49,747 nucleotides of DNA from Betaproteobacteria bacterium (GCA_031381865.1 JANMYG010000098.1:1-49747); one strand, 5' to 3'; shown: positions 1 through 12,114, numbered from the stretch's first letter. A program made the numbers and translations. The notes: generated by a model not told the origin, from the letters alone.

Positions 1-1
1 G

Positions 2-481
2 AAACCGGTCATGACCGGACCCGCGCGCGTGTTCGACGACGAGCAGTCGGCACTGGCGGCGATCCTGGCCGGCAAGATAGTCGCCGGCGACGTGATGGTG
101 CTGCGTTACCTCGGCCCGAAGGGTGGCCCGGGCATGCCAGAGATGTTGGCGCCCACCGGCGCGCTGGTCGGCCAGGGGCTCGGGGAATCGGTCGGCCTGA
201 TCACCGACGGCCGCTTTTCGGGTGGCACCTGGGGCATGGTGGTCGGGCATGTGGCGCCCGAGGCCGCGGCCGGCGGCACTATCGCGCTGATCGAGGAAGG
301 TGACTCGATCACCATCGATGCCCACCAGCTACTGTTGCAGCTCAACGTGGACGACGCAGAAATCGCGCGGCGCCGCGCGGCATGGAAGGCGCCCGAGCCG
401 CGTTACCGGCGTGGTGTGCAGGCCAAGTTCGCGTTCAACGCGTGTTCGGCCAGCAAGGGCGCCGTGCTGGACAACTACTGA
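2..481 (+). CDS. ilvD: Dihydroxy-acid dehydratase, C-terminal part (gene starts upstream of the window)
   Basis: [22 protein letters not shown] and GHVAPEA motifs of the IlvD/Edd family; the frame is open from the window edge. Confidence 0.93.
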   Translation, partial: KPVMTGPARVFDDEQSALAAILAGKIVAGDVMVLRYLGPKGGPGMPEMLAPTGALVGQGLGESVGLITDGRFSGGTWGMVVGHVAPEAAAGGTIALIEEGDSITIDAHQLLLQLNVDDAEIARRRAAWKAPEPRYRRGVQAKFAFNACSASKGAVLDNY

Positions 482-553
482 TCACCGAAGGTTGCGATCG
501 CCTCGCCGCGTTGCGGAAAGTTCCGCGGCACTGGCATATCCAGACCCGCGTCA

Positions 554-796
554 TCAACGCTTCTTCTTGTAATTGGTGCCGATCGCCGTCTTGTGGCGGT
601 CGATGCGGTCCTGGCGACGGGCGTCTTCTCGCTCCATTGCCTTGCGCTTGGTGTAGCCGCTCGAATCGGCCCAGGCCCACCAAGCCACCGCCAGGCCAAA
701 TGGCACAAACACCACCCACCAGTCCCAGGCGGCCACCGGCCCGATTTCCAGATACTTCATGGCCAGAAGAACGATGCCGAGTCCCAGAAAATACAT
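554..796 (-). CDS. Small Trp-rich membrane protein (TIGR04438-like)
   Basis: 80 aa starting MYFLGLGIVLLAMKYLEIGPVAAWDWW, then WWAWADSSGYTKRKAM and a basic tail; start placed at ATG 796. Confidence 0.75.
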   Translation of the reverse strand: MYFLGLGIVLLAMKYLEIGPVAAWDWWVVFVPFGLAVAWWAWADSSGYTKRKAMEREDARRQDRIDRHKTAIGTNYKKKR

Positions 797-894
797 GGTG
801 TTCCCCAGAGTTTCGTCACACTTGTTGACAATGCGCGTCAACCGCCGTCACTACAATTGCGTTAGATGACTGTAACCCAAGCTAAAGGACCAAC

Positions 895-1209
895 ATGAAG
901 AGCACGTTTTTTGCCCAATTGGCAGTTTCCGCAGCGGTTGTTTTCGCCGCACCGGCATTTGCCGACCAGGCCTTGGCGACCGCCAAGAACTGCATGGCCT
1001 GCCATGCTGTGGACAAGAAGCTGGTCGGCCCCGCCTACAAGGAAGTGGCCGCCAAGTACACCGGGCAGAAAGACGCTGTGGACAAGTTGGCGTCCAAGAT
1101 CATGAAGGGTGGTTCGGGCGTTTACGGCCCGGTGCCGATGCCGGCCAACACCCAAGTCAACGAAGCCGAAGCCAAGAAGCTGGCAGCCTGGGTGTTGACC
1201 CTCAAGTAA
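895..1209 (+). CDS. Periplasmic cytochrome c551/c552 (class I)
   Basis: Signal peptide ending AFA, CMACH heme motif, distal Met in VPMPAN; AAGGA RBS upstream. Confidence 0.93.
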   Translation: MKSTFFAQLAVSAAVVFAAPAFADQALATAKNCMACHAVDKKLVGPAYKEVAAKYTGQKDAVDKLASKIMKGGSGVYGPVPMPANTQVNEAEAKKLAAWVLTLK

Positions 1210-1281
1210 CGCGCGCCGGGCCAGTTCCAGGCCTGGCACCGTTGGCCCGAAGCTCTTGCGCTCCGGGCTCTCTCAAGAAAT

Positions 1282-1303
1282 AAACCCGCTTTCGCGGGTT
1301 TTG
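1282..1303 (+). terminator. Rho-independent terminator after the cytochrome c gene (possibly bidirectional)
   Basis: AAACCCGC-TTTC-GCGGGTTT hairpin followed by T. Confidence 0.7.
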
Positions 1304-1663
1304 TCATTTGCGGCCCGATCTTTCTACAACGTTGGCCCGATGCGATACAGAAACCTGATGCCAGTGCGGCTTTCGATTGGTTTGCCGATGCCTGCTTGAG
1401 TCTGTCATGCAGAATCACCCGCCGGAACGCGTCGCGCGAGATACGGCGTCGGCATCTGCCACCCGACTGTCAGTGATGTGGCGGTGAGCGTGTCGACGGG
1501 ACCGTCAGCCATCGTCCAGAACCGTCGTTCGCCGAGGAAACTCGAAGGGCTCCAGTAGACTGACAAGAGTCCGTCGGTGGCGATCCGCGAATGTCGGCAA
1601 CAGGCCCCACTGGGGTCATTCAGGGGCTTAAAGACCATCCGAAACGACGCATCCTGGGATCCC

Positions 1664-3493
1664 CTACCGCAGCGCATCCGCCGCGCTCGGGTCTTCCAGG
1701 CCGGCGGCAACTCGCATGAACGTGGTGAGCCTTTGGCGGGCCGTCTCGTCGGCGATGGCAGCACCACCTTGCAACCAGCGCTGTACCAAGCCTGGAGAAA
1801 GGCGCTGCATCAACTCAAGCGCCGACTTTGCCTGGTCGAGGGCGCCCAGGCCAACATGAGCGAGGACCGTCCATCCATGTGTGAAGGCAAATCCCGGTGC
1901 GTCGGCTGCCGCGCGCATGGCCCACTGCAGCGCCCTGGGATAATCCCTTGCGAGCCAATATGCGAATGCAAGCATTTGATAGCCGCGATATGCAAGCGGG
2001 TCGCGCGGGTCGATCCGCAACCAGCGCTCCAAGAGCCTGATCCCGGCAAGCGCATCGCCACATATTGTTGTGATGTGTCCGAAGGCACTGAGCGCAAAAA
2101 CGTCCTGCGGATTGGTCCGGTATGCCGTTTCCGCCTCAATGCGTGCTTCATCCCAACGGGCACCGCCGGGCGCGTACTGGAGCAGCAGCGCCTTGGTCGA
2201 ACGCACCATGCTGGAGTTGGTGAGCGCAATCGCTCTCGCGGCGGCAGCCATTCCGTCGTTCCACGCGCCGGCTCGGTCCGGCGCAAACGAGAACATGAGG
2301 TTCATCAGTTGTACCCGTGCGACCGCGTGAAGCGCGTGCAGGCTTTCCGGGTCAATTGCCAGGGCGCATCGTGCCTGGCGTAGCGCCTCTTCGAGCGTTG
2401 CGGGGTCCGACCTGTCAGACCCGTCGATGCACAGTGAAGTGGCGCGCAAAGCAAGCTCGTAGGCGCTCAGATTGGCGGGGCGGCGACGGGTTGCTCCAGC
2501 CCGCTCAGAAGAATCGATCTGCGGCGCGATGGCCGCCACAATGCACTAGGTCACCTCTTCCTGCACCGCGAATATGTCCTCAAGCACCCGGTCGTACTTC
2601 TCGGCCCAGATGTGGTTGCCGCTCAGGGCGTCGATCAACTGTGCCGTGACCCGGATTCGATTGCCAGAGCGCCGAATGCTGCCCTCCAAGACATATCGGA
2701 CGCCAAGCTCCCTGGACACCGTACGTACGTCAACGGGCTTTCCCTTGTAGGTGAAGCTGCTATTGCGCGCGATCAAGAACAGGGAGTGGAAACGTGAAAG
2801 CTCGGTGACGATGTCTTCGGTGATGCCGTCAGTGAAATATTCCTGCTCGGGATCACCACTCATATTGGTGAAAGGCAAGACAGCAATCGACGGCTTGTCC
2901 GGTAGGGAGAGGTCGATCGCGCCGGCCAAGGGATTTGCCACCGATACGGTCGTTGGCTCGTTCGCATGACCAACACGCACCCGGTAGGCTCTGACCGGGT
3001 GCGCGATGTTCTTGACCTGCTGCTCGCCCTGGTCGGTAAAGGTCGCGGCCACTTTGCCCCGCACCGCCCCATGAATGGCGTCAGAGACGATGATCTGGCC
3101 GGGTTCTGCCAATGCCTGGAGCCGAGCGGAAATGTTGACACCGTCGCCATAGACCGAGCCATCGGTCTTTTCCATGACATCGCCCATATGCACCCCGACG
3201 CGAAACAACATGCGGCGTTCAATGGGAATGTCTTTGTGAACCTCAGCCAACTCGGCCTGAATCTGCAAGGCTGCGTTCAAGGCCCCGGCGGCAGTCTCGA
3301 ACACGGCCAGCACGGAGTCGCCAGCGGTATCGACTACCCGGACGTGATTCGCCGCCGTCTGGGTGTGGAACACCGATCGTGAGGCATCGAGCGCGGCCAC
3401 AGTGGCCCGTTCGTCCAGCGACATCAGGCGCGAGTAACCCACCGCATCTGCAGCCAGGATCGCCGCCAGTCGTTGTTTGAGATCACTGCTCAC
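1664..3493 (-). pseudogene. Class III adenylate/guanylate cyclase + TolB-like + TPR protein interrupted by an in-frame TAG at 2546-2548
   Basis: RLAAILAADAVGYSRLM, AGDS, GDGVNISARL, KPSIAVLPF and YFTDGITED motifs; ORFs 2546..3508 and 1664..2539 are in the same frame (EEVT*CIVAAIAPQI); GTG start at 3493 with GGAGGT RBS. Confidence 0.8.
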
Positions 3494-3860
3494 CGAAGTT
3501 ACCTCCAAAAGCCGTGCCGCTGGTTTATCTTACGCGCACAAAGCAAGCGGCAGGCTACGCCTTTGGCCCGAATGGCAAGTTCCGGTCGGTCCGGCCATTC
3601 GACCCATTGCCAGTGAACGACCGGACCCGCTGCGTTGCTGTCGATCACGTTTCCAAATAGAACGGCTCCTTTGAGCACTTTGCAGGCGTCCGCGAATGAC
3701 CGCCGACCGGCATGTACTCCTATTCGAGCATGGCGAAGCCCGCCCGGGGTGACCGACCGTTACCGTTGCCCTGCAAAATGCCAGCCGGCCTCATCCATTC
3801 GATGATGCGTGTCAACAATTGACCCGGGCCTTGACGCACCGCACTCACACCACGCCGGTT

Positions 3861-3956
3861 GGATCAGGCCGGTGCGGCGCTCGGCGCAGCGGCATCAAGG
3901 GGGAGCCCGCAGGGCGGAGGACAGCCGCGGAGCCGAGTGCCGCGCCGGCCTGATCC
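3861..3956. repeat. Long GC-rich inverted repeat (REP/MITE-like hairpin) downstream of acs
   Basis: GGATCAGGCCGGTGCGGCGCTCGGC (3861-3885) pairs with GCCGAGTGCCGCGCCGGCCTGATCC (3932-3956) with two G-U positions; inner GCGGC/GCCGC stem. Confidence 0.7.
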
Positions 3957-4058
3957 CGCCGACCCGCCACCTACCCCCTCTCGTTGGCACAAGTGACTTG
4001 AAAGCCAACGGCCAGGCGTCACCGCCTGATCTTGTGAATACAGCGCCGTGGCAACCCG

Positions 4059-6044
<1,986 letters not shown>

Positions 6045-6210
6045 TTCTTCTGTCTCCTCAAGTTGGTAACACGAATTTCACGATTCCCGGACTGTCCAGT
6101 TTGCCACTTACAAGGCACTGACGGGCGTCAAGCCCTCAAAGCCAGGGGCATTCGGTCAGCGCGCACGGCCAGCCTACAATTCCCGGCTTTCGCCCTCACC
6201 CGCCGTGCCC

Positions 6211-6825
6211 ATGACCGACCCCCAGAAATCCAATCCCGCCAGAATAGGGCCGATCGCCACCTTCATTTTCGCCAGTCGCTGGCTGCAGTTGCCGCTGTAC
6301 CTGGGCCTGATCGCGGCACAGGCGGTCTATGTGTACCACTTCTGGGTCGAGCTGGTCCACCTGCTCGAGGCCGCTTTTGGCAGCAAGCCGGCACTCGAGG
6401 CCCTGATCACCAGCATCGGCTACAAGACCGAATTCCAGATCATCTCGCTCAACGAGACCGTGATCATGCTGGTGGTGCTGGCCCTGATCGACGTGGTGAT
6501 GATCTCCAACCTGCTGATCATGGTGATCGTGGGCGGCTACGAGACTTTTGTCAGCCGGATGAATCTCGAAACCCACCCGGACCAGCCCGAGTGGCTTAGC
6601 CACGTCAACGCCTCGGTGCTCAAGGTCAAGCTGGCCACCGCCATCATCGGCATCTCGTCGATCCACCTTTTGAAGACCTTCATCAATGCCGCCAACTACG
6701 ACGTCAAGGTGTTGATGTGGCAGACCATCATCCATGCCGTGTTCCTGTTGTCGGCGCTGGCCATCGCGCTGACTGACAAGTTGATGGCGCATGGCAATCC
6801 GGCGCTGACCGAGCCGGGCCATTGA
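6211..6825 (+). CDS. UPF0114/TIGR00645 family membrane protein (YqhA-like)
   Basis: [23 protein letters not shown] and [20 protein letters not shown] motifs. Confidence 0.85.
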   Translation: MTDPQKSNPARIGPIATFIFASRWLQLPLYLGLIAAQAVYVYHFWVELVHLLEAAFGSKPALEALITSIGYKTEFQIISLNETVIMLVVLALIDVVMISNLLIMVIVGGYETFVSRMNLETHPDQPEWLSHVNASVLKVKLATAIIGISSIHLLKTFINAANYDVKVLMWQTIIHAVFLLSALAIALTDKLMAHGNPALTEPGH

Positions 6826-6871
6826 GCCTGGGCACGACAAGGCACCGATCAATCCCTGAGCGAGACCCCCC

Positions 6872-8266
6872 ATGCCGCATGCGCACAAGAAACATGTCAA
6901 GCAGACCCTGATCAATTCGGGGCTGCTGCTGCTCGCCGCCGCGGTGTCGGTCATCGCCAGCACACCTGGCGCGGGCGGCCCGGCGTTCCTGGGCATCCCG
7001 GTAGACTTCATCCTGTTTGCGTTGACATTGCTGGGTGTGGCGCTGATGCACGAACAAACGCTCAAGGTGGCCCTCACCGGGCTGGTTGTGATCGTTGCCT
7101 ACAAGCTGGCCATGACCGGATTCAAGACCGGCCCCGGCCTGGCCGGGCTGGCCGCCCACATGGGCCACGAAGCGATCCTTCTGAGCAATCTGCTCGGCCT
7201 GTTGGTCGGGTTTGCCCTGCTGGCCGACCATTTCGAACGCAGCGAATTGCCCAGGATCGTGCCGAAGTACCTGCCCGACGGCTGGTTGGGTGGCTTCATC
7301 CTGTTGGTCATGGTGTTTGTGCTGTCGGCGTTTCTGGACAACATCGCGGCCGCCCTGATCGGTGGCACGGTCGCGGGCGTTGTGTTCCGGCACAAGCTGC
7401 ATATCGGTTACCTGGCGGCGATCGTGGCCGCATCCAATGCCGGCGGTTCTGGCAGTGTTATCGGAGACACCACCACCACCATGATGTGGATCGATGGGGT
7501 CAGTCCGCTGCAGGTACTCGAAGCCTATGTCGCCGCGGTCGTGGCGCTGGTGTTCTTCGGCATCATCGCCGCGCGCCAGCAACATGCGCACGCGCCCATC
7601 ACCAGGGATGCCGACCCCTCGGCGCGTGTCGACTTTGGCCGGCTGGTTATTTGTGCCTTCATGCTGGTCGCCGCCGTGGCGGCCAACGTGGCCTGCAATC
7701 TGTATTTCCCTGCGGTGCTCGACCATTGGCCGGTGCTCGGCATCACGGTCTGGGTGGTACTGCTCCTTACCGCCGGTTACCGCCGGCCGACCTGGAGCCT
7801 GGTTCCAGGCGCCTTCAAGGGCTCCATCTTTCTGCTTTCACTGGTCGTATGCGCCTCCCTGATGCCGGTCGAAAAACTCCCGGCGGCGAGCTGGCAAAGC
7901 GCGCTGGGCCTCGGATTTGTGTCGGCCGTGTTCGACAACATTCCGCTGACCGCACTGGCCCTCAAGCAAGGTGGGTTCGACTGGGGTTTTCTCGCTTATG
8001 CGGTCGGATTCGGCGGCAGCATGATCTGGTTTGGCTCCAGCGCGGGGGTGGCCCTGTCCAACATGTACCCGCAGGCCAAGAGCGTCGGCGCCTGGTTGCG
8101 TGGCGGATGGCACATCGCCGTCGGTTACGTGCTCGGCTTCTTTGTGCTGTTGGTGGTCCAGGGATGGCACCCACAACCGAAACACAACAAGGCGGAAGTG
8201 CCGACAGCCATGACGACGCCGGCGCTCACCAGCGCCTGCAGCGACCGGAGCGCGCGCACGGCGTAG
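6872..8266 (+). CDS. Ion transporter (IT) superfamily permease, NhaD/ArsB/citrate-transporter-like
   Basis: About 12 hydrophobic segments; SAFLDNIAA, ASNAGGSGSVIGDTTTTM, SAVFDNIPL and GGSMIWFGSSAGVA motifs typical of NhaD-like antiporters. Confidence 0.8.
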   Translation: MPHAHKKHVKQTLINSGLLLLAAAVSVIASTPGAGGPAFLGIPVDFILFALTLLGVALMHEQTLKVALTGLVVIVAYKLAMTGFKTGPGLAGLAAHMGHEAILLSNLLGLLVGFALLADHFERSELPRIVPKYLPDGWLGGFILLVMVFVLSAFLDNIAAALIGGTVAGVVFRHKLHIGYLAAIVAASNAGGSGSVIGDTTTTMMWIDGVSPLQVLEAYVAAVVALVFFGIIAARQQHAHAPITRDADPSARVDFGRLVICAFMLVAAVAANVACNLYFPAVLDHWPVLGITVWVVLLLTAGYRRPTWSLVPGAFKGSIFLLSLVVCASLMPVEKLPAASWQSALGLGFVSAVFDNIPLTALALKQGGFDWGFLAYAVGFGGSMIWFGSSAGVALSNMYPQAKSVGAWLRGGWHIAVGYVLGFFVLLVVQGWHPQPKHNKAEVPTAMTTPALTSACSDRSARTA

Positions 8267-8315
8267 TGCTCACGGGCTATGGGCGGTGGCCAGTCGCGAC
8301 TCGGCCGGTCTGCGA

Positions 8316-9518
8316 CTACGAGCCAGGGGCCGAGGCCGAGGCAGTCCGGCCCTGCGCCAGCAGCAGCGCTGCGCCGACGGTGGCGGAAACCAGGGACGCC
8401 GCGAGCACCCCCATCTTTACTTGCACCATGTAGCTCGGGTCCGCCTCTTCGAACGCCAGCGAGCCGATGAACAGGCTCATCGTGAACCCCACGCCACACA
8501 GCACACAGACGCCGAAGAACTGGACCCAGGTTGCGAGCGCCGGCAACTGCGCAGGTCCAAAGCGGATCAGCACCCACGATGCGCCGAAAACCCCGACCGC
8601 CTTGCCCAGCACGAGCCCGGCAACAATGCCCAGCGGCACAGTTTGCGCAAATACTTCCGGGCCCACACCACCCAAAGCGACGCCGGCATTCGCGAACGCG
8701 AACATCGGCAACACGAGAAAGGCGACCCACGGCTGCACGCTGTGTTCTGCCCGCGCCAGCGGCGATCCACCCTTGCCATCGGAGATCGGGATCGCCAGCG
8801 CCGTCACCACACCCGCCAGCGTGGCATGCACGCCTGACTTCAGCACGCACACCCAGACCAGCAGGCCCACCACAACGAACGGTCCAACGGCCTTGAGCCC
8901 GATCCGGTTGAGCACCACCAGCAGGAAACCCCCGGCGCAGGCGGCCATGAGCATCCCGAAAGACAGGTCGGTGGTATAGAAGATGGCGATCACGATGATC
9001 GCCCCGAGGTCATCGATGATGGCCACAGCCGTCAGGAAGACCTTGAGCGAGGCCGGCACGCTGGGGCCGAGCAGGATCAGAATGCCCAGGGCAAACGCAA
9101 TGTCGGTTGCCATGGGTATGCCCCAGCCGCGCAATGCGATGGCGTCGCCCCAATTGATTGCGGCATAGATCAGCGCCGGCACCACCATGCCGCCGAGCGC
9201 GGCACCGGCGGGAAGCAGCATCTGCGCCGGCTTCGCAAGATCGCCCTGGAGCAGTTCACGCTTGATTTCAAGGCCGACAAGAAAGAAGAACACCGCCATC
9301 CACAGGTCGTTGATCCATACCAGCAGTGGCTTGGCAAGCACCAGCCAGTCGGTGCCCACGCGCAATTCGATCGGGATCTGCAGGAAGCGGTGGTAAGCGC
9401 CCTGCCATGGCGAGTTGCTGATGGCCAGCGCGGCCAGTGCCGCCGCCGCCAATAAAACGCCGCCCAGGGACTGCGAGCCGATGAACTGGTTGACGGTCCG
9501 AACGATGGGTTTGAACAT
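8316..9518 (-). CDS. nhaA: Na+/H+ antiporter NhaA
   Basis: WINDLWMAVFFFLVGLEIKRE, GWGIPMATDIAFALG, AIIDDLGAI (catalytic DD), KSGVHATLAGV, GVGFTMSLFI; start at ATG 9518. Confidence 0.95.
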   Translation of the reverse strand: MFKPIVRTVNQFIGSQSLGGVLLAAAALAALAISNSPWQGAYHRFLQIPIELRVGTDWLVLAKPLLVWINDLWMAVFFFLVGLEIKRELLQGDLAKPAQMLLPAGAALGGMVVPALIYAAINWGDAIALRGWGIPMATDIAFALGILILLGPSVPASLKVFLTAVAIIDDLGAIIVIAIFYTTDLSFGMLMAACAGGFLLVVLNRIGLKAVGPFVVVGLLVWVCVLKSGVHATLAGVVTALAIPISDGKGGSPLARAEHSVQPWVAFLVLPMFAFANAGVALGGVGPEVFAQTVPLGIVAGLVLGKAVGVFGASWVLIRFGPAQLPALATWVQFFGVCVLCGVGFTMSLFIGSLAFEEADPSYMVQVKMGVLAASLVSATVGAALLLAQGRTASASAPGS

Positions 9519-9760
9519 GGAAAGCGCCGCGCCCGGGTCAGGTCGCTGCAATTGGGGTTGCCAAGTAGTATCCCAGCGATTTCTGGAAACCACGACCAAC
9601 CGGCACCGGTAGGTAGCAATGGCGTAGACGGGCCCATGCGCGCCGGTGCGCAGTGGAACAACTTCCGCCATACCGGTTCAATAGTCGCAATTGCCATCGG
9701 CGCCGCCGCTTCCCGATGCCATGACACGGCACCGCCCTGGGCGAGCCCGTCAGCACGCCA

Positions 9761-11221
9761 CTACAGGTACGGCGACAGCAGCCACACCATCCGGTCGCGC
9801 AGGCGCCCCGCAATCGGCTGTCGCTCCAGTTCATCGACCGTGAGCCGGTGCGCGTATTGAATGCGTTTGTCGACCAGCAGATCGAGTTCCCGCACCAGTT
9901 GCACGTCATGGCATTCCATGTTGTATTCGAAATTCAGGCGCAGGCTGCGGGCATCCCAGTTGGTGGAGCCGATCATCGACCACGCGTCGTCGACCAAAAA
10001 CAACTTGGCGTGGTCAAACGGCGGGCCGCTCAGGTGGACCCGGCAACCGCTGGCGACCAGGCCACCGAACTGCGGACGCATGGCCCAGTCCAGCAGCGGA
10101 AGGTTGCTGCGCCCCGGCAGCACGATGTCCACCGCGACGCCACGCAAAGCCGTCACCCGCAGCGTGGTGAGCAACACCTCGTCAGGCAGGAAATACGGCG
10201 TGACGATGCGCACCCGGCGCCGGGCCGAGGCCAGGGCGCCGAGGATCACCTGGCGCATATGGTCGATGTCGCCGTCCGGGCCGTCGGTGACACCACGCGC
10301 CAGCACCGGGCCACACGACGCCGCGTCGATGAACCACGGGCCGCCGTGCAAATTCTCGCCAGTGCTGAACGCCCAGTCGGTGGCGAAGGTGCGTTGCATG
10401 TCGGTGACGACCGGCCCCCGAACCGCGAAATGCAGGCACTTGACCGGCCGAGCGGGCTGGGTCGACAACCAGTGGCCGGCGCCGATGTTCATGCCACCGG
10501 TAAAACCCAGGTGACCATCGACCACCATGATCTTGCGGTGGTTGCGCAGGTTCCCGTGGGCCAGCAACCTGGTGAGGCGGGGCGGCAGGAACGCCGCGCA
10601 GGGGATGGCGTTGGCGCGCAGTTGCCCGAGCACGCCGGTGGGGCGGTAACGCGCTCCCACCGCGTCGACCAGCACGCGGATCTGTACTCCACGCGAGCGC
10701 GCCCGCGTCAGCGCTCCAACGAAGGCGCGTCCTGCCACATCGTTGTTGAAAATATAGGTCAGCAGTGTGATCGAGCCTTGGGCGCCGTCGATTGCGGCCA
10801 GCATCGCGGGGTAGGCCTCGTCGCCGTCGTGCAGTGGCACCACGGCGTTGCCCGCCAGCAGGACCTTGCCGGTGACATGGCGCGCCAGTCGGCTGATTCC
10901 GACGAGTTCGGGAAGGCCACCGTCGTCGGGCACCGCGAAGGCGTCGAAGCTGCCCGGCTCGCCGCGCCAGGCGGCCTTGAGGCCGAGCGCCACGCCAGCA
11001 CGCCGGATGCGATTGATGCCCAGCACCCAGTACGCCAGCGCGCCCGCCACGGGCGCCAGCCAGGCCAGCCCGATCCAGCCAGCGGCCTTGTGTACTTCGT
11101 GTTTGTAGAGCAACGCATGCACAGTGACCGCCGAGGCAAACCCAACGTGCAGCAACCAGGCCAGCACGGGCGCCACGCCCTGGGCCAGCTGCAGCATCGA
11201 TTCGAGCCAGGGACGAGTCAT
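9761..11221 (-). CDS. cls: Cardiolipin synthase (phospholipase D family)
   Basis: Two HKD motifs (NHRKIMVVDG, DHAKLFLVDD), TPYFLPD, GSTNWDARSLRLNFE, N-terminal TM pair; start uncertain (11221 or 11197). Confidence 0.85.
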   Translation of the reverse strand: MTRPWLESMLQLAQGVAPVLAWLLHVGFASAVTVHALLYKHEVHKAAGWIGLAWLAPVAGALAYWVLGINRIRRAGVALGLKAAWRGEPGSFDAFAVPDDGGLPELVGISRLARHVTGKVLLAGNAVVPLHDGDEAYPAMLAAIDGAQGSITLLTYIFNNDVAGRAFVGALTRARSRGVQIRVLVDAVGARYRPTGVLGQLRANAIPCAAFLPPRLTRLLAHGNLRNHRKIMVVDGHLGFTGGMNIGAGHWLSTQPARPVKCLHFAVRGPVVTDMQRTFATDWAFSTGENLHGGPWFIDAASCGPVLARGVTDGPDGDIDHMRQVILGALASARRRVRIVTPYFLPDEVLLTTLRVTALRGVAVDIVLPGRSNLPLLDWAMRPQFGGLVASGCRVHLSGPPFDHAKLFLVDDAWSMIGSTNWDARSLRLNFEYNMECHDVQLVRELDLLVDKRIQYAHRLTVDELERQPIAGRLRDRMVWLLSPYL

Positions 11222-11565
11222 GCCCCATGTTAGCCGCGGGACCGGTGCGGCCGAGCTGGTTTGACCAGCCATCCATCTGCAGTGCCGGCCGAAAGTGGGT
11301 CGTCGGCGGTCGCTTGCAGCGTTCGAATCAGGGGAGTAATCTGTCAACCGGGCCGGTCACGCCAGCAGGTCATTCGTGTTTTGGTTTCGATCGCGGATGC
11401 CTGCCGGCAGGCGGGCCAAGGTCCGTCGTTGAGGGAAATCAACACGCGAACAAGAGAAGCGGCGGATGATGGCGATATCGGTATCGGTCGGGCGAGCGCC
11501 CGCGCGCCAGAATCGGGGCGTTTTGGACAATTCCGGCCCGCCACAGCAATCTCAGGAGACGACGC

Positions 11566-11991
11566 ATGTCCGCGCACACCACCAAGGTAGTTGAAGCACC
11601 GGCCCAGGTGCTGGCCCTGATCGTCGCGTCGCACGGAGGCGTGGGCGAGCGCGAGTTGCGCGTGCTCGATGAACTGGAAGCCTTTCGCCAGCTTGGCGTG
11701 GGTCGCCAGAGGTTTGTCGACATTGCCCAGGCGTGCCTGCGGGATCTCGGCACCGGCCTGTGCGAGCGCTCGTGGCTGAGCACCGAAGACATCCACTATG
11801 TCGATGCATTGCTCGATGCCGTGCCCGACCCGGACCAGCGCCTGATGGTTTGCCGCTTAGGGGCCGCCGCCATTGCCGCCGATGGCGGCGTCGCGGACGA
11901 CGAGCGCCTGGTCTACGACCACGTGCGGGCGCACTGGCGAATCAGGTCGGACCAACTACCGCAAGCGACGCTGGTCGATCAGCACGATTGA
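11566..11991 (+). CDS. TerB-like (tellurite-resistance TerB family) protein
   Basis: 141 aa with paired (S/A)xG-V-x3-E repeats (ASHGGVGERE, AADGGVADDE); AGGAG RBS. Confidence 0.65.
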   Translation: MSAHTTKVVEAPAQVLALIVASHGGVGERELRVLDELEAFRQLGVGRQRFVDIAQACLRDLGTGLCERSWLSTEDIHYVDALLDAVPDPDQRLMVCRLGAAAIAADGGVADDERLVYDHVRAHWRIRSDQLPQATLVDQHD

Positions 11992-12114
11992 GCGGCCCCA
12001 GGGCCGCCCCGCGCAGGCCGCTTCCCAGAGGGGGGCGTCGGCCCGGGTCAGTTCGCAGTAATTCGGGTGGGTAAACTCGTGGTCTATCGACCAGTCGCGG
12101 TCACCGGAGTTCCC

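Noticed and set aside
2546-2548. Pyrrolysine or genome-wide amber recoding as the explanation for the in-frame TAG
   Set aside because: TAG is a normal stop for many genes here (NhaD-like, oppC, bpt, Bug, aldehyde dehydrogenase), and no pyl genes are present in the window
9519-9760. Searched the nhaA upstream region for an nhaA-I/nhaA-II (Li+/Na+) riboswitch
   Set aside because: I could not recognise the conserved motif by eye; a cmsearch would be needed
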